From a bacterium (GTDB lineage: Bacteria > SAR324 > NAC60-12): 64,000 nucleotides of DNA. Where the stretch lies: positions 992,001-1,056,000 of the forward strand of contig CBDDTI010000747.1 of the NCBI GenBank assembly GCA_965233585.1, given 5' to 3'. A program made the position numbers and the translations under genes. The notes under the pieces are model-generated. The model searched no databases. It was given only the letters and a program-made list of their open reading frames with translations, and was not told the origin of the DNA. Below, one piece after another: positions 29,689 to 40,733 of this stretch (position 1 is its first letter; every line of letters begins with the position of its first letter).

Positions 29689-32159
29689 TGATACCACACC
29701 GCCTTTCTCCTCTTGCCCAAGAGGCATGGCAATCTGCCAAACAAAATTCATCTTCTGCCTTACAACCAGAACAACTTGCGATCGCGTTGCTTCAGCAACA
29801 AGAATCATTGCTGATTCCTTTCCTACAACTCACTGCGAAAGATATTTCTCATTTAATTGATGATTTAGAACTTTCTTTAAAGGCTTTGCACCCTTCAAAA
29901 GACTCAGGATTTTCTGACGAACTTCAAACTCTTCTTTCTCAAAACCAAGATGAATTAATCACTCCAGAAGTTTTATTTTTGAAGATTGTCAACATCTCTC
30001 GCTTACAAAAACTTTTTGAAAAACATGGCATTTTTGCAAATGAGCTTCAGCAAAAAATTACTCAAACCAATTATCAGCAGCATTCTGGAGTCCAAGATGT
30101 TTTTCAACTGTATTGTGTAGATTTAGTTGAACTTGCCAAACTGGAAAAATTTGACCCCGTCATCAGCAGAGAAAAAGAACTCAAACGTGTCATTCAAATT
30201 CTTTGCAGACGTTATAAAAACAATCCACTTTTGTTAGGAGACCCTGGAGTTGGAAAAACCGCCATTGTGGAAGGTTTGGCGTGTAAGATTGCATCAGGTA
30301 AAGCACCAGAGACGTTAAAAAACAAACGTCTTTTAAGTTTGGACATTGGTGCATTGATAGCGGGGGCTTCCTATCGTGGAGAGTTTGAAGACCGTCTGAA
30401 AAAACTGATTAAGGCACTAGAAAACGACGAGGGTGAAACATTGTTGTTCATTGATGAATTTCAAACCTTGATGGGAGCTGGTAAAACTGATGGTGGTATT
30501 GATGCTGTCAATTTGTTCAAGCCTGCTTTGGCACGTGGAAAATTGAGGTGCATCGGGGCAACAACTTTTGACGACTTCAAACAAATTGCAACAAATACTG
30601 CTCTGACAAGACGTTTTCAACAGGTCATGATTGTTGAACCAGATTTTGAAGCGTCTCTTGAAATCCTACGAGGTTTGAAACCTAGATATGAATCGCATCA
30701 CAGCATCAAAATCAAAGATGAAGCTCTTGTTTCATCTATTCGGCTTTCACAAAGGTATCTACCTGAACGTCAGTTACCTGATAAAGCGATTGATTTGATT
30801 GATGAAGCCTCTGCTAACTTAAAAATTCAAAGAGAATCACCTCCTGAAGAACTCACACAACTCAATGAGCAGATTGCATCGTTGGAAGCCAAACCGCTCT
30901 CCAAAATTGAAGAAAAGCATCATTTGCAAGAATTGCGAGAACGTCAAGAATCGTTACAAAAAATTTGGAATGACGAGCTGGCACATCGTTTGGAACTTCA
31001 AAAACTTAAAAATAAACTAGAACAAGTCAAGCATCAAGAAAAGATTGCCCAACAAAATAAAGATTTTGAACTTGCTGCCAAACTTCGTTATGAAACTTTA
31101 GAGACTTTAGAAAGTCAGCTTGACTCACATCAAGCCAAGCAACCCCGTTTTGCATTTAAGGAGTTTGTGGAACAAGAAGACATTGCCCAAATTATTTCAG
31201 AATGGAGCAGTGTGCCAATTTCAAAAATTTTAGATACAGAACAAGCAAAACTGACACAGATGGAACAAGCGTTGGAGTCCAGAATTGTAGGACAAAGAGA
31301 AGCTGTTTTGGCAGTTTCTAACGCCATTCGCAGAGCAAGGGCTGGTGTTCAAGACCCAAACCGTCCCATCGGGTCGTTCATTTTTTTAGGTGTTTCTGGT
31401 GTTGGAAAAACGGAACTGGCACGTTCGCTGGCAGAATATCTTTTTGATGATGAAAAAGCCTTAATCCGCTTTGACATGTCTGAATATATGGAACGTTATT
31501 CTGCAACCCGTTTGATTGGCGCACCTCCGGGATATGTTGGGTTTGAGTCTGGAGGAGAATTGACAGAGATCATTAAACGCAAGCCATATGCTGTCATTTT
31601 GTTTGATGAAATTGAAAAAGCACACCCTGATATTTTTAACCTGTTCTTACAAATCCTTGATGATGGCAGACTGACAGACACCAAAGGTCGTAGTGTCCGA
31701 TTCAATGATACGTTAATCATTATGACCACCAACCTTGGCAGTGACCAACTACTGAACATGCAACAAAATCAAACGGCTCAAGATGTGGCACAGACGATTG
31801 AACAAGAACTTTTTACACATTTTAAACCAGAGTTTTTAAATAGGATTGATGAAATCATTGCATTCAATCGTTTGGGGGTTCATGCCTTTGAAAAAATTGT
31901 GAGGATTCAGCTGGAAGGCATTCAAAAAAGGTTAGCTGAACAAAACAGAAGTATTGAGTTTCAAGACAGCATTAGACACGAACTTGCTAAAAAAACGGCT
32001 CGTTCACCGCTTGGAGCTAGACCTTTGAAACGTATGATTCAAAGAGAGATTCTTGACCCCATTGCCTCTAAAATTATTGATGGTAGCTTCCCGCAAGAAC
32101 AAACTTTATATGTGAGGTGGGAAGATGGTTTATTTTATTTTGATTTGGAGAAGAAATGA
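29688..32159 (+). CDS. clpB: ClpB-family AAA+ chaperone
   Basis: KNNPLLLGDPGVGKT, LFIDE, LPDKAIDLIDEA, coiled-coil M domain (AAKLRY), G.SGVGKTE, RLIGAPPGYVG, GARPLKR. Confidence 0.9.
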   Translation: MIPHRLSPLAQEAWQSAKQNSSSALQPEQLAIALLQQQESLLIPFLQLTAKDISHLIDDLELSLKALHPSKDSGFSDELQTLLSQNQDELITPEVLFLKIVNISRLQKLFEKHGIFANELQQKITQTNYQQHSGVQDVFQLYCVDLVELAKLEKFDPVISREKELKRVIQILCRRYKNNPLLLGDPGVGKTAIVEGLACKIASGKAPETLKNKRLLSLDIGALIAGASYRGEFEDRLKKLIKALENDEGETLLFIDEFQTLMGAGKTDGGIDAVNLFKPALARGKLRCIGATTFDDFKQIATNTALTRRFQQVMIVEPDFEASLEILRGLKPRYESHHSIKIKDEALVSSIRLSQRYLPERQLPDKAIDLIDEASANLKIQRESPPEELTQLNEQIASLEAKPLSKIEEKHHLQELRERQESLQKIWNDELAHRLELQKLKNKLEQVKHQEKIAQQNKDFELAAKLRYETLETLESQLDSHQAKQPRFAFKEFVEQEDIAQIISEWSSVPISKILDTEQAKLTQMEQALESRIVGQREAVLAVSNAIRRARAGVQDPNRPIGSFIFLGVSGVGKTELARSLAEYLFDDEKALIRFDMSEYMERYSATRLIGAPPGYVGFESGGELTEIIKRKPYAVILFDEIEKAHPDIFNLFLQILDDGRLTDTKGRSVRFNDTLIIMTTNLGSDQLLNMQQNQTAQDVAQTIEQELFTHFKPEFLNRIDEIIAFNRLGVHAFEKIVRIQLEGIQKRLAEQNRSIEFQDSIRHELAKKTARSPLGARPLKRMIQREILDPIASKIIDGSFPQEQTLYVRWEDGLFYFDLEKK

Positions 32160-32758
32160 CAAACATTTTATGGCATGTGCATGACCCCATGTGTTCTTGG
32201 TGCTGGGGTTTCAAAAAAACTTGGGAGACAGTCAAAAGTCGGTTGCCAGACTCTGTGATTGTGAAAAATCTTGTTGGTGGACTTGCACCAGATAGTGACG
32301 TTCCCATGCCTGAACAAACAAAACAGTACTTACAAAACGCATGGCACAATGTGGCACGAACAACAGGTGCGACATTTAATTTTGACTTTTGGACGCAGAA
32401 TATTCCCAGACGTTCTACTTATCCTGCATGCCGTGCTGTGATTGCCGCATCAAAACAGCATGCAGAAGAAGCTATGATTGAAGCCATTCAGCATGCTTAT
32501 TATTTGCAGGCAAAAAATCCTTCTGATTTGGAAACTTTGGTGGCTTGTGCAGAACAATTAGGTTTGGACTTAGAAAAGTTTCAAAGTGATATAGCCAATG
32601 CAGATGAAGAATTTCAAAACCAGATACAAAAAGCACAACAACTTGGAACACAAGGATTCCCTTCTCTTATCTTGGAGACACCAAGTCAGATGACTCAGAT
32701 TGCCATTCACTATACAGACCCAGATTTAATAATCAAGCAAATCATCAAAAATCTATGA
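32156..32758 (+). CDS. DsbA-family (FrnE-like) thioredoxin-fold protein
   Basis: HDPMCSWCWGF, GGLAPD, RRSTYPACRAV, GFPSL. Confidence 0.9.
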   Translation: MTNILWHVHDPMCSWCWGFKKTWETVKSRLPDSVIVKNLVGGLAPDSDVPMPEQTKQYLQNAWHNVARTTGATFNFDFWTQNIPRRSTYPACRAVIAASKQHAEEAMIEAIQHAYYLQAKNPSDLETLVACAEQLGLDLEKFQSDIANADEEFQNQIQKAQQLGTQGFPSLILETPSQMTQIAIHYTDPDLIIKQIIKNL

Positions 32759-32772
32759 GTGGACATCAAGTT

Positions 32773-33555
32773 TTAAAGGTCTCTTTTGGGAGAGAATAAG
32801 AACTTTGTGCAAGGCTTCTTGTCATTTAAAGAATCAATCACAAAGTTGTTATTCATTCCATTGACAATCCACATTTCAACATGATGTTTTTTGCAAATTT
32901 CTGCAGCTTGAATTTTTGAGGTCATACCTCCTGTTCCCAAAGCTGATTCTTTTTCTTGTACAAAAGATGAAATTTGTCCGAGGTCGGTAATGGTGTGTAA
33001 AAGTTTTGCTTGTGAATAAAGATGAGGGTTTTGGTCATAAACTCCATCAATGTCTGATGCAAGGATTAGCAAATCTGCATGTACAACAGAAGCCACAAAC
33101 GCAGAAAGTTTGTCATTGTCTCCCAAGATGATTTCCTCATAAGACACAGTGTCGTTCTCATTGACAATGGGAATATACCCATGTTGCACCAACTTTAACA
33201 ACGTGTTTTGAGTATTCAACTTGGAGTGTTCATTTTCAAATGCCATGTATGTCATCAAACATTGCGCAATCTTTAACCCGAAGCTACTAAAAACTTCGTC
33301 ATAAAGAAGCATCAATTTAGGCTGTCCAATGGCAGCCATCGCTTGCTTTGAATTGATTTGCTCATCAAGCCCGCTTATGTCCACAAATTGCCTAGCTGCT
33401 GCAATGGCGCCAGAAGAAACGATGATGATGTCGTAGTCTTCTTGCAAGGTGATAATCTGCCTTGCAAGGTCTTCTAGTTTTGCATAGGAAAAACGATTTG
33501 TGCCAGCTGTGAGGGTCGCTGTTCCCATTTTGATGACAAGTCGTTTTTTGGTCAT
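32773..33555 (-). CDS. proB: Glutamate 5-kinase (no PUA domain)
   Basis: VIKMGT, VSSGAI, AAIGQ, PIVNENDTV, GDNDKLS, GTGGMTSK. Confidence 0.95.
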   Translation of the reverse strand: MTKKRLVIKMGTATLTAGTNRFSYAKLEDLARQIITLQEDYDIIIVSSGAIAAARQFVDISGLDEQINSKQAMAAIGQPKLMLLYDEVFSSFGLKIAQCLMTYMAFENEHSKLNTQNTLLKLVQHGYIPIVNENDTVSYEEIILGDNDKLSAFVASVVHADLLILASDIDGVYDQNPHLYSQAKLLHTITDLGQISSFVQEKESALGTGGMTSKIQAAEICKKHHVEMWIVNGMNNNFVIDSLNDKKPCTKFLFSPKRDL

Positions 33556-34739
33556 GTTCTGATTTGACCAGTACCACAAATCAGCCATTTGTTGGTGACG
33601 AGCTGATTAATTCCAATAGGTCCTCTAAAATGGAGCTTTTGCGTACTGATTGCCATTTCTGCACCCAAACCGAATTGAGAACCATCGGTAAATCGTGTTG
33701 AGACGTTATGAAAAACCGCAGCACAATCTACATGAGTTTGAAAATGCTTGGCAGTTTGGTCATTGTAAGTGATGATGCAGGCAGAATGTCCCCCTGAATG
33801 CTTGTTAATTGTTGCAATGGCTTCATCAACACTTGGTACCATCACCAACAGCATTTTTGCTGATAAAAATTCTTCTGATAGTATTGCTGAATTTTGTATT
33901 TCTTGCACATCTGTTTTGAACTGACGAATAGTTTCATCTCCTATGATTTCTATGTTATGTTCCCGCAAAGCATCAATTAATTTGACAACTTGAGTCTTCA
34001 GATTGGGTAAGTCAGTATGAATTAACACCTTATCTAAAGCATTGCAAACACTGATGCGTTGTTTGCCATTCACAATCACCTGAATTGCCATCTCAAAATC
34101 AGAATTTGAATCAACATACAAAAAATTATTTCCACGTCCACTCACTAAAACAGGAACAGTCGCATATTCATTGACAAAGTCAATCAAACTATCTCCCCCT
34201 CTTGGCACAATCAAATCAACATGATATGTATTGTGTTTGATCAATTCTTGTGTCTGGATTCGGTCTAAACGAAGATATTGAATGTAATTTAAATCTACTT
34301 GATGCTTTGCCAGTGCTTCATGCCAAAGTTTTACAAGAAATAAATTAGTATGAACAGCTTCTTTGCCTCCTTTCAGTAAAACTTGATTCCCTGCTTTAAA
34401 TGCTGTGATGGCGGCTTCAATGGTGACGTCAGGTCGTGATTCGTAGATAATCAACAGCTTGCCAAAGGGCACTGTTCTGTTTTCAACAGAAAAACCGTTT
34501 TCATGCTGAAATGAATATAAAACTTGTGATTCTGGGTCTTCAGAGTCAACCACTTGTTTAACAGACTTTACCATGCCCTCTATTTTTTCAAAGCTGACTT
34601 CTAACCTTTCCAAAAGTGAAGGGTCAATCTGCTGACAATTCAATAAATCTTTTTTGTTTTCTTCAAGAATCTCATGCTTATTTTCAACGATGAGCGATGC
34701 CAAGTCATTGAGAACCTTGTTTTTGATGAGGGTGTCCAT
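33552..34739 (-). CDS. proA: Gamma-glutamyl phosphate reductase
   Basis: IYESRPDVT, LKGGKEA, VPRGG, VCNALD, NVSTRFTDG, GAEMAISTQKLHFRGP. Confidence 0.95.
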   Translation of the reverse strand: MDTLIKNKVLNDLASLIVENKHEILEENKKDLLNCQQIDPSLLERLEVSFEKIEGMVKSVKQVVDSEDPESQVLYSFQHENGFSVENRTVPFGKLLIIYESRPDVTIEAAITAFKAGNQVLLKGGKEAVHTNLFLVKLWHEALAKHQVDLNYIQYLRLDRIQTQELIKHNTYHVDLIVPRGGDSLIDFVNEYATVPVLVSGRGNNFLYVDSNSDFEMAIQVIVNGKQRISVCNALDKVLIHTDLPNLKTQVVKLIDALREHNIEIIGDETIRQFKTDVQEIQNSAILSEEFLSAKMLLVMVPSVDEAIATINKHSGGHSACIITYNDQTAKHFQTHVDCAAVFHNVSTRFTDGSQFGLGAEMAISTQKLHFRGPIGINQLVTNKWLICGTGQIRT

Positions 34740-34770
34740 ATTTTAGTAAAAATATTTATTTTAAGAAGAA

Positions 34771-35598
34771 TTACACAGAATATAAACCGTGTTGTTTATG
34801 TTCCATGACGGAAATACCTTGCCGAATTTTGTCTAAATAATTCAGATCAATTTCTGCTGTAATCATACATGGTTGCTCTGATGCACATGCAATCACTTTC
34901 CCCCAGGGGTCAACAACAACTGAATTGCCATAAGAACATCTTGTTCCATAATGCACCCCATATTGTGCAGCAGCGATGACGTAAGATTGCGTTTCAATGG
35001 CTCTTGCCCTGAGTAAAGTGATCCAGTGGTCTTTGCCTGTTTCTAAAAAGAATGCGGCAGGCACTAGGAAGATTTGAGATCCTTTTTCTCGTAATGCTTG
35101 GTAAAGCGATGGAAAACGTAAGTCATAACAAATGGTTGAGCCAACCCGACCAAGCGAAGAGTCAAAGACTGTTAAGGTCTGACCTGAAACGATGCTACTA
35201 GATTCTAAATGTTGCAAATTATCTGTGCGAATGTCGCATAAATGGATTTTGCGATACACGCCAAGAATCTCGCCATTGGCTTCAATAAAGACAGAGGTGT
35301 TATAAAGTTTGTTGGGTACGTCTGTTATTTTTTCATAAAACGAGCCCATGGCGATTGCGATGGAATACTTGGAAGCATATTCTTGGAATTGCTGAACCAA
35401 TTCTCCTTCAAGCGTTTGTGCTGTCTCAAATTTTGTCTCCTGACATTCTCCTAAATAATGGAACATTTCAGGTAGTGCGATTAAAGCAGACCCACAACTT
35501 TTAGCATGTTCAATAAAACTTTTTGCTTGCTTCAAGTTTTCAGAAACGTCTGATGTGGAACACATCTGCCCAACGCTTACTAAATAATTTGATGTCAT
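34771..35598 (-). CDS. Carbon-nitrogen hydrolase (Nit1/deaminated glutathione amidase-like)
   Basis: LPE, YRKIHL, ICYDLRFP triad; LLRARAIE.Q.YV. Confidence 0.9.
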   Translation of the reverse strand: MTSNYLVSVGQMCSTSDVSENLKQAKSFIEHAKSCGSALIALPEMFHYLGECQETKFETAQTLEGELVQQFQEYASKYSIAIAMGSFYEKITDVPNKLYNTSVFIEANGEILGVYRKIHLCDIRTDNLQHLESSSIVSGQTLTVFDSSLGRVGSTICYDLRFPSLYQALREKGSQIFLVPAAFFLETGKDHWITLLRARAIETQSYVIAAAQYGVHYGTRCSYGNSVVVDPWGKVIACASEQPCMITAEIDLNYLDKIRQGISVMEHKQHGLYSV

Positions 35599-35767
35599 AC
35601 GAAAAATCTATTTTGAAGTAAAAAATACACCTAGTTGAGAATGTACAAAAGCCATTCATTGTATCTTATGCCAACGGATTTAGCCAGTTCTAAATGGACT
35701 CTGACAAAAATTGATTTTCTTGTCAAATGAAGATAGACTGGAGGGTTTACCTTTGAATAGGAGTTTT

Positions 35768-37249
35768 ATGCTTGACGAAAGTTTAGAAAAAGGATTGACA
35801 TTTGATGATGTTTTGCTGGTGCCTGATTACTCTGATATTCAACCCAATAAAACCGATATTTCTAGTCGCTTAACAAAAAATTTAACGCTCAAATTGCCGC
35901 TGGTTAGTGCAGCAATGGATACTGTAACAGAATATGAGGTCGCAGTTTGCATGGCACAAGAAGGTGGCATTGGAATCATTCACAAAAATATGAGCATTCA
36001 GGAGCAAGTGGGACAAGTAGAACGGGTCAAACGTTCAGAAAGTGGTATGATTGTAAACCCCATTTCTATTGAACCAGAACGCCCTATCTTGGAAGCAAAA
36101 GCATTGATGGATCGCTATCGTATTTCTGGAGTTCCCGTCACAAAATCTCATCAGCTCGTGGGAATTTTGACCAATCGTGATATTCGCTTCTTAGATGACT
36201 ATTTACAGCCTGTTGAAAATGTCATGACCAAAGGCAAAGACAAATTGATTACTATCACAGGCAAAATTTCCCTAGAAGATGCCAGACGTATTTTGCAAGA
36301 AAATCGGATTGAAAAATTACCTGTGGTCAATGAACACTATGAATTGACAGGTTTGATTACCATTAAAGATATTGAAAAGAAACGAAAGCATCCTCATGCA
36401 AACAAGGATCATTCAGGACGTTTGTGTGTTGGTGCTGCAGTCGGTGTGCAAAATGCGCTAGAACATACTCAAGCTCTGGTGGATGCACAAGTAGATGTGA
36501 TTGTGATTGATTCTGCTCATGGACATTCTCAAGGAGTAATTGATGCTGTGAATCAAATTCGTTCTACTTTTCCAGATTTAGAAATGATTGCAGGTAATGT
36601 CGTCACTCCAGAAGCGGCAGAGGCTCTAATTCAGGCAGGAGCAACAGGAATTAAAGTTGGTGTCGGTCCGGGGTCTATTTGCACAACTCGTATCATTTCA
36701 GGGGTTGGAGTTCCTCAGTTAAGTGCAATCAAAAATACATTGCGTGTGACACAAAAATATGATGTTCCTATTATTTCTGATGGTGGAGTCAAATTTTCAG
36801 GAGATATTGCCAAAGCGATTGCAGCAGGCGCTCATTGTGTGATGGTCGGAAGCCTTCTTGCCGGGACTTCAGAAAGTCCGGGTAAAGTGATTTTGTATCA
36901 AGGCAGACGTTACAAATCTTATCGTGGCATGGGGTCGCTTGGAGCAATGAAAGCCGAGGGGGGAAAAGAACGATATTTTCAGAGTGGTGAAAAACGTTCT
37001 AAATTAGTTCCCGAAGGTGTGGAGGGACGTGTTCCCTATCGGGGACCTTTGTCTGATACACTTTATCAATTAGCAGGGGGTTTGCGTTCTGGTATGGGTT
37101 ACACAGGTTCTCGTACAATTGAGGATTTGAGGCAAGGCTCAAGGTTTATGCAAATCACATCTGCAACTTTACGAGAAAATCATGTACACGATGTCTTCAT
37201 TGTGGAGGAAGCTCCAAACTATCCTGCAGACCATGCAACTGAAACATAA
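35768..37249 (+). CDS. guaB: IMP dehydrogenase
   Basis: LTFDDVLLVP, SAAMDTVTE, CBS pair, GVGPGSICTTR, YRGMGS, VPEGVEG. Confidence 0.98.
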   Translation: MLDESLEKGLTFDDVLLVPDYSDIQPNKTDISSRLTKNLTLKLPLVSAAMDTVTEYEVAVCMAQEGGIGIIHKNMSIQEQVGQVERVKRSESGMIVNPISIEPERPILEAKALMDRYRISGVPVTKSHQLVGILTNRDIRFLDDYLQPVENVMTKGKDKLITITGKISLEDARRILQENRIEKLPVVNEHYELTGLITIKDIEKKRKHPHANKDHSGRLCVGAAVGVQNALEHTQALVDAQVDVIVIDSAHGHSQGVIDAVNQIRSTFPDLEMIAGNVVTPEAAEALIQAGATGIKVGVGPGSICTTRIISGVGVPQLSAIKNTLRVTQKYDVPIISDGGVKFSGDIAKAIAAGAHCVMVGSLLAGTSESPGKVILYQGRRYKSYRGMGSLGAMKAEGGKERYFQSGEKRSKLVPEGVEGRVPYRGPLSDTLYQLAGGLRSGMGYTGSRTIEDLRQGSRFMQITSATLRENHVHDVFIVEEAPNYPADHATET

Positions 37250-37271
37250 CAATTCTACAAACCCACATTCT

Positions 37272-38312
37272 ATGAATCTCTTTTCGCTTAAATCTGTTTT
37301 AAGTTTTTCTCTGCTCATACTGAGTTTGAGTGGTTGCTCCTTTCACTTTCTACGTGGTCAAGAATTGGAAGCAGAGAAAAGGTGGGAGGAAGCATCAACA
37401 GAATATCAGCTGGCTTTGGCATCATTTCCTAACGATGAAGACATTAAAGCGTCTCTTGATAGAGTCAACATCTTCGTCGCTAAGGACAACATGCAACGAT
37501 ATTATGAGATGTTGAAGAAAAAAGAATATAACAAAGCATATCGTAGATTGGTTGACGCAACAGTGCAAGATACCAATCTACAAGAAGCCAAAGATGAAAT
37601 CAAACGTTGGACAAAAGTTCTCATTGCAGGTCAAGCAGAATTTGACTTTAGTGAGGTGAATTACAATTTACATCTTGTTGATGAAATCAATCTTGAAGCT
37701 CATTTTCAAAGTCCGTCAGGTCGTACAGTCAAAGCACCTATCTCATATGAAACAGGAATCTTTTTTACAGAAGATTTACTTTACGACATGCCAACTCAAA
37801 AAGCACTTCAATACATCATGAAGTCAGTTGGCGTGAAGCTCATCAAAAAATTATCACCCACACGTAAAAGTGTCATTTATCGTAAATTTGTTGAGTTCAG
37901 GGCTCCGGGTTCTCAATCTATTTCTGGAACATTGAGTAAGTCAAACAGGGAAGAGCAAATCATTCAACTCTCGCAACGTTTGCAACCAAGTTCTCCTGAC
38001 TTACCCTTAATGACCTCTCCTAAATTTTTCCGTTATAGTTTGAATTTTGACAAACAGCAAATTCGGATTACTTCAAGTGGTTCTAGGTTAGAGCCATTTC
38101 CCAACGTAAGTTATGTCAATGGGAAAAATCGTAGAATTTTTGTAGATTTTGGATCATATCAATTCAAGCGAACAGACTCCACTTGGCAAATTAGAAAGTT
38201 GGCAAACAAAACGATCACAGATGATTACTTCGTCATTTTGCAAAATAACTTTGCACTTTTTCCTTACTTCTTTTACCGAGAAGGACAATACCGCTACGTT
38301 AATTCTCAATAA
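37272..38312 (+). CDS. Hypothetical lipoprotein with N-terminal TPR-like helices
   Basis: Lipobox LSGC after a hydrophobic stretch from ATG 37272. Confidence 0.7.
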   Translation: MNLFSLKSVLSFSLLILSLSGCSFHFLRGQELEAEKRWEEASTEYQLALASFPNDEDIKASLDRVNIFVAKDNMQRYYEMLKKKEYNKAYRRLVDATVQDTNLQEAKDEIKRWTKVLIAGQAEFDFSEVNYNLHLVDEINLEAHFQSPSGRTVKAPISYETGIFFTEDLLYDMPTQKALQYIMKSVGVKLIKKLSPTRKSVIYRKFVEFRAPGSQSISGTLSKSNREEQIIQLSQRLQPSSPDLPLMTSPKFFRYSLNFDKQQIRITSSGSRLEPFPNVSYVNGKNRRIFVDFGSYQFKRTDSTWQIRKLANKTITDDYFVILQNNFALFPYFFYREGQYRYVNSQ

Positions 38313-38682
38313 AAAGAAACTTCTCATCTTCTCGTTCTACATCATCCTTTTCCATGGTTTCCCTCTTCTATTTTTATTGATAATTTATATAAGCGATAAT
38401 ATTGATTATAAATTATATAAAAATATGCCTTCCAATGTACTCAAATAAAGAACTAGAAATTTTATTCTCTTATAGAAGAATAATTATATAACATTAATAT
38501 ATAGCACTATTTAAAAACTCAGCTCAAAGGTTTTATCGGTTGATTTTAACCATACCATCTACGACAATATATTTTACCGCTACTAGAATCATTGTTAATA
38601 TGGCATGGGAAAGGGAGAGGATAAAGACCGTGAGGTCACTCATGAGACATTTGCATTTAGAAGTTAAACCTATTTTCTGTAT

Positions 38683-39581
38683 ATGAAAACATTACGGACT
38701 CCCACTTTTTTTTGATTATGTCCTATTACTTATTTTAGGAGCGATGTTGGGAAGTAGTTTTTTATTAATGAAAGTTGGCTGTGTCCTCTACTCCTACACT
38801 AGTTGTCGTCTTTTTCAGGTTGTTAGTTGGGTTTATCATTTTATATGGTGTGTTGAAGGTAAAAAATTAACAACTTCCTACTTACCATAATCTACACTTT
38901 TGGAAGATTTGTAGTATTCTTGCTATCACATCTAACATGATTCCTTTTACTTTAATCACTTGGGCAGAAAAGGAGATTGAAAGCGGGTTTGCCTCAATCT
39001 ACATGTCAATGATTCCTATTTTTTCAGTCATATTGGCTCACTTTCTCACTGAAGATGAAAAAATATTAACTAAGAAATTGATAGGTACAACAATCAGTTT
39101 TGCTGGGGTTCTCTTTTTATTGTGGAAAAGCTTAGCAGGGATTACACTCAATTTATTAGCACAGTTAGCTTGTCTGCTTGCTGCATTTTGTTATGCTTAT
39201 TCCAGAATCAAAACCAAACAGCTGACTAATATCTAACCTGTTGTGGCAAGTACAGGTGTTTTGTTGTGTGCTGTGATTCTGATGCTACCTTTGACTTTTC
39301 TGTTTGGAGAGTTTTCAAATTTCACACCCTCAATGGAATCCGTCATTGCTATCATTTTGCTAGGAGCTTTTCCCACAGCGATTGCATTTGTCATCCTTTA
39401 TAAACTCATTGATGAAGTCGGGGCGGTTTTTATGACACTTGTCAATTATCTTGCCCCTTGTTTCGGTTTACTTTGGGGGTATTTTATCCTTTCAGAAGAA
39501 TTAAGCTATCAAAACTTTATGGCTTTAATTGTTATTACTGTGGGTGTTATGGTGACTTCTTATTCCAAGAAAACTAAATAA
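38683..39581 (+). pseudogene. EamA/DMT-family transporter pseudogene
   Basis: Frameshifts at a T8 run (~38706-38713) and near 38777, plus in-frame TAA at 38868 and 39234. Pieces join into LG..GSSFL.MK, FRL, IPFTLITWAE..I.SG.AS, YLAP.FG..WG...L.E. Confidence 0.85.
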
Positions 39582-39687
39582 ATGCTGTCATTCTCATACG
39601 ACATTTTATATTTTCACAAAAAATAATTTAGCTAATTGAAAAGAATTTTTGAAGTCATTGCATGCGGTATCAGGAGTAATAGCTTAA

Positions 39688-40731
39688 CTATGCAACGATT
39701 CTACCTCCTTTACTGTCAAAAAAATGAATTTGACTGTTGTCAAATTTCAATCCAACTTTTGAGTCTAAAGGGTATTGAGATTGTCCTTTGACACGGATAT
39801 TGATTTTTCCTAGAACTTCGCAATTTACTAAAATGAAGCTATCAGCTCCTAGATATTCTACTAAGTCAATTATTCCTGTACAGTCTCCTTCATTTGCAGA
39901 GACAACCTCTATAGACTCTGGTCTCACACCTAAATAGCTTGCTTTTGAAAAAATATCTTTTAAATGCAAACTATTCGCAAATTGGCTACTTTTCTCTTGA
40001 AGAGGAATGATATTCATTTGAGGACTACCAATGAATTGAGCAACAAATAGATTGTTTGGTTTTTCATAAAGCTCCTTTGGTGTTCCTATTTGTTCAATTC
40101 TTCCACCTTGTAACACGACTATTCGGTCTGCTAGTGTCATAGCCTCTACCTGATCATGCGTCACGTAAATCATGGTAGATTTTAAGGTTTGATGTAGTTT
40201 GGCAATTTCATAGCGCATCTCAACACGAAGTGCGGCATCCAAGTTAGAAAGCGGTTCATCAAATAAAAAAGCAAGAGGAGACCTGACAATAGAGCGTCCA
40301 ATGGCGACACGTTGCCTTTGTCCTCCTGATAAATGCTTCGGTTTTCGTTCTAAATAAGGTTCTAATCGTAAGACAGAGGCTACTTTGTTAACTTTTTCAG
40401 TCATTTCAATTTTAGAACTTCCTGCTGTTTTTAAACTAAATCCCATATTTTCCCGAACCGTCATGTGTGGATATAAAGCATACGACTGAAAAACCATAGC
40501 CAACCCTCGTTGAGATGGAGGTTGGTCTGTGACATCTTGACTGTTGATTAAAATTTGTCCTCTATTGGTGTCTTCCAAGCCAGCAATCATACGAAGTAAT
40601 GTAGATTTTCCACAGCCAGAAGGTCCGACAAAAACAATAAATTCTCCCGTGTTGATGGATAAACTGACCCCTTTGATCACTTGTAGGCTTTCATACCATT
40701 TTTCTACTTGGTTCAGTTGAATTGTTGCCAT
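39688..40731 (-). CDS. Carbohydrate ABC transporter ATP-binding protein (MalK-like)
   Basis: GPSGCGKST, VFQSYALYPHM, LSGGQRQR, DEPLSNLDA, YVTHDQ. Confidence 0.96.
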   Translation of the reverse strand: MATIQLNQVEKWYESLQVIKGVSLSINTGEFIVFVGPSGCGKSTLLRMIAGLEDTNRGQILINSQDVTDQPPSQRGLAMVFQSYALYPHMTVRENMGFSLKTAGSSKIEMTEKVNKVASVLRLEPYLERKPKHLSGGQRQRVAIGRSIVRSPLAFLFDEPLSNLDAALRVEMRYEIAKLHQTLKSTMIYVTHDQVEAMTLADRIVVLQGGRIEQIGTPKELYEKPNNLFVAQFIGSPQMNIIPLQEKSSQFANSLHLKDIFSKASYLGVRPESIEVVSANEGDCTGIIDLVEYLGADSFILVNCEVLGKINIRVKGQSQYPLDSKVGLKFDNSQIHFFDSKGGRIVA

Positions 40732-40733
40732 AG

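Noticed and set aside
38590..38660. Riboswitch upstream of the EamA pseudogene
   Set aside because: Purine-rich stretch but no recognisable aptamer consensus; an Rfam search would be needed.
38683..39581. Stop-codon reassignment (TAA read-through) in the EamA gene
   Set aside because: The gene also has two frameshifts and TAA ends many intact genes here; this is ordinary pseudogenisation.
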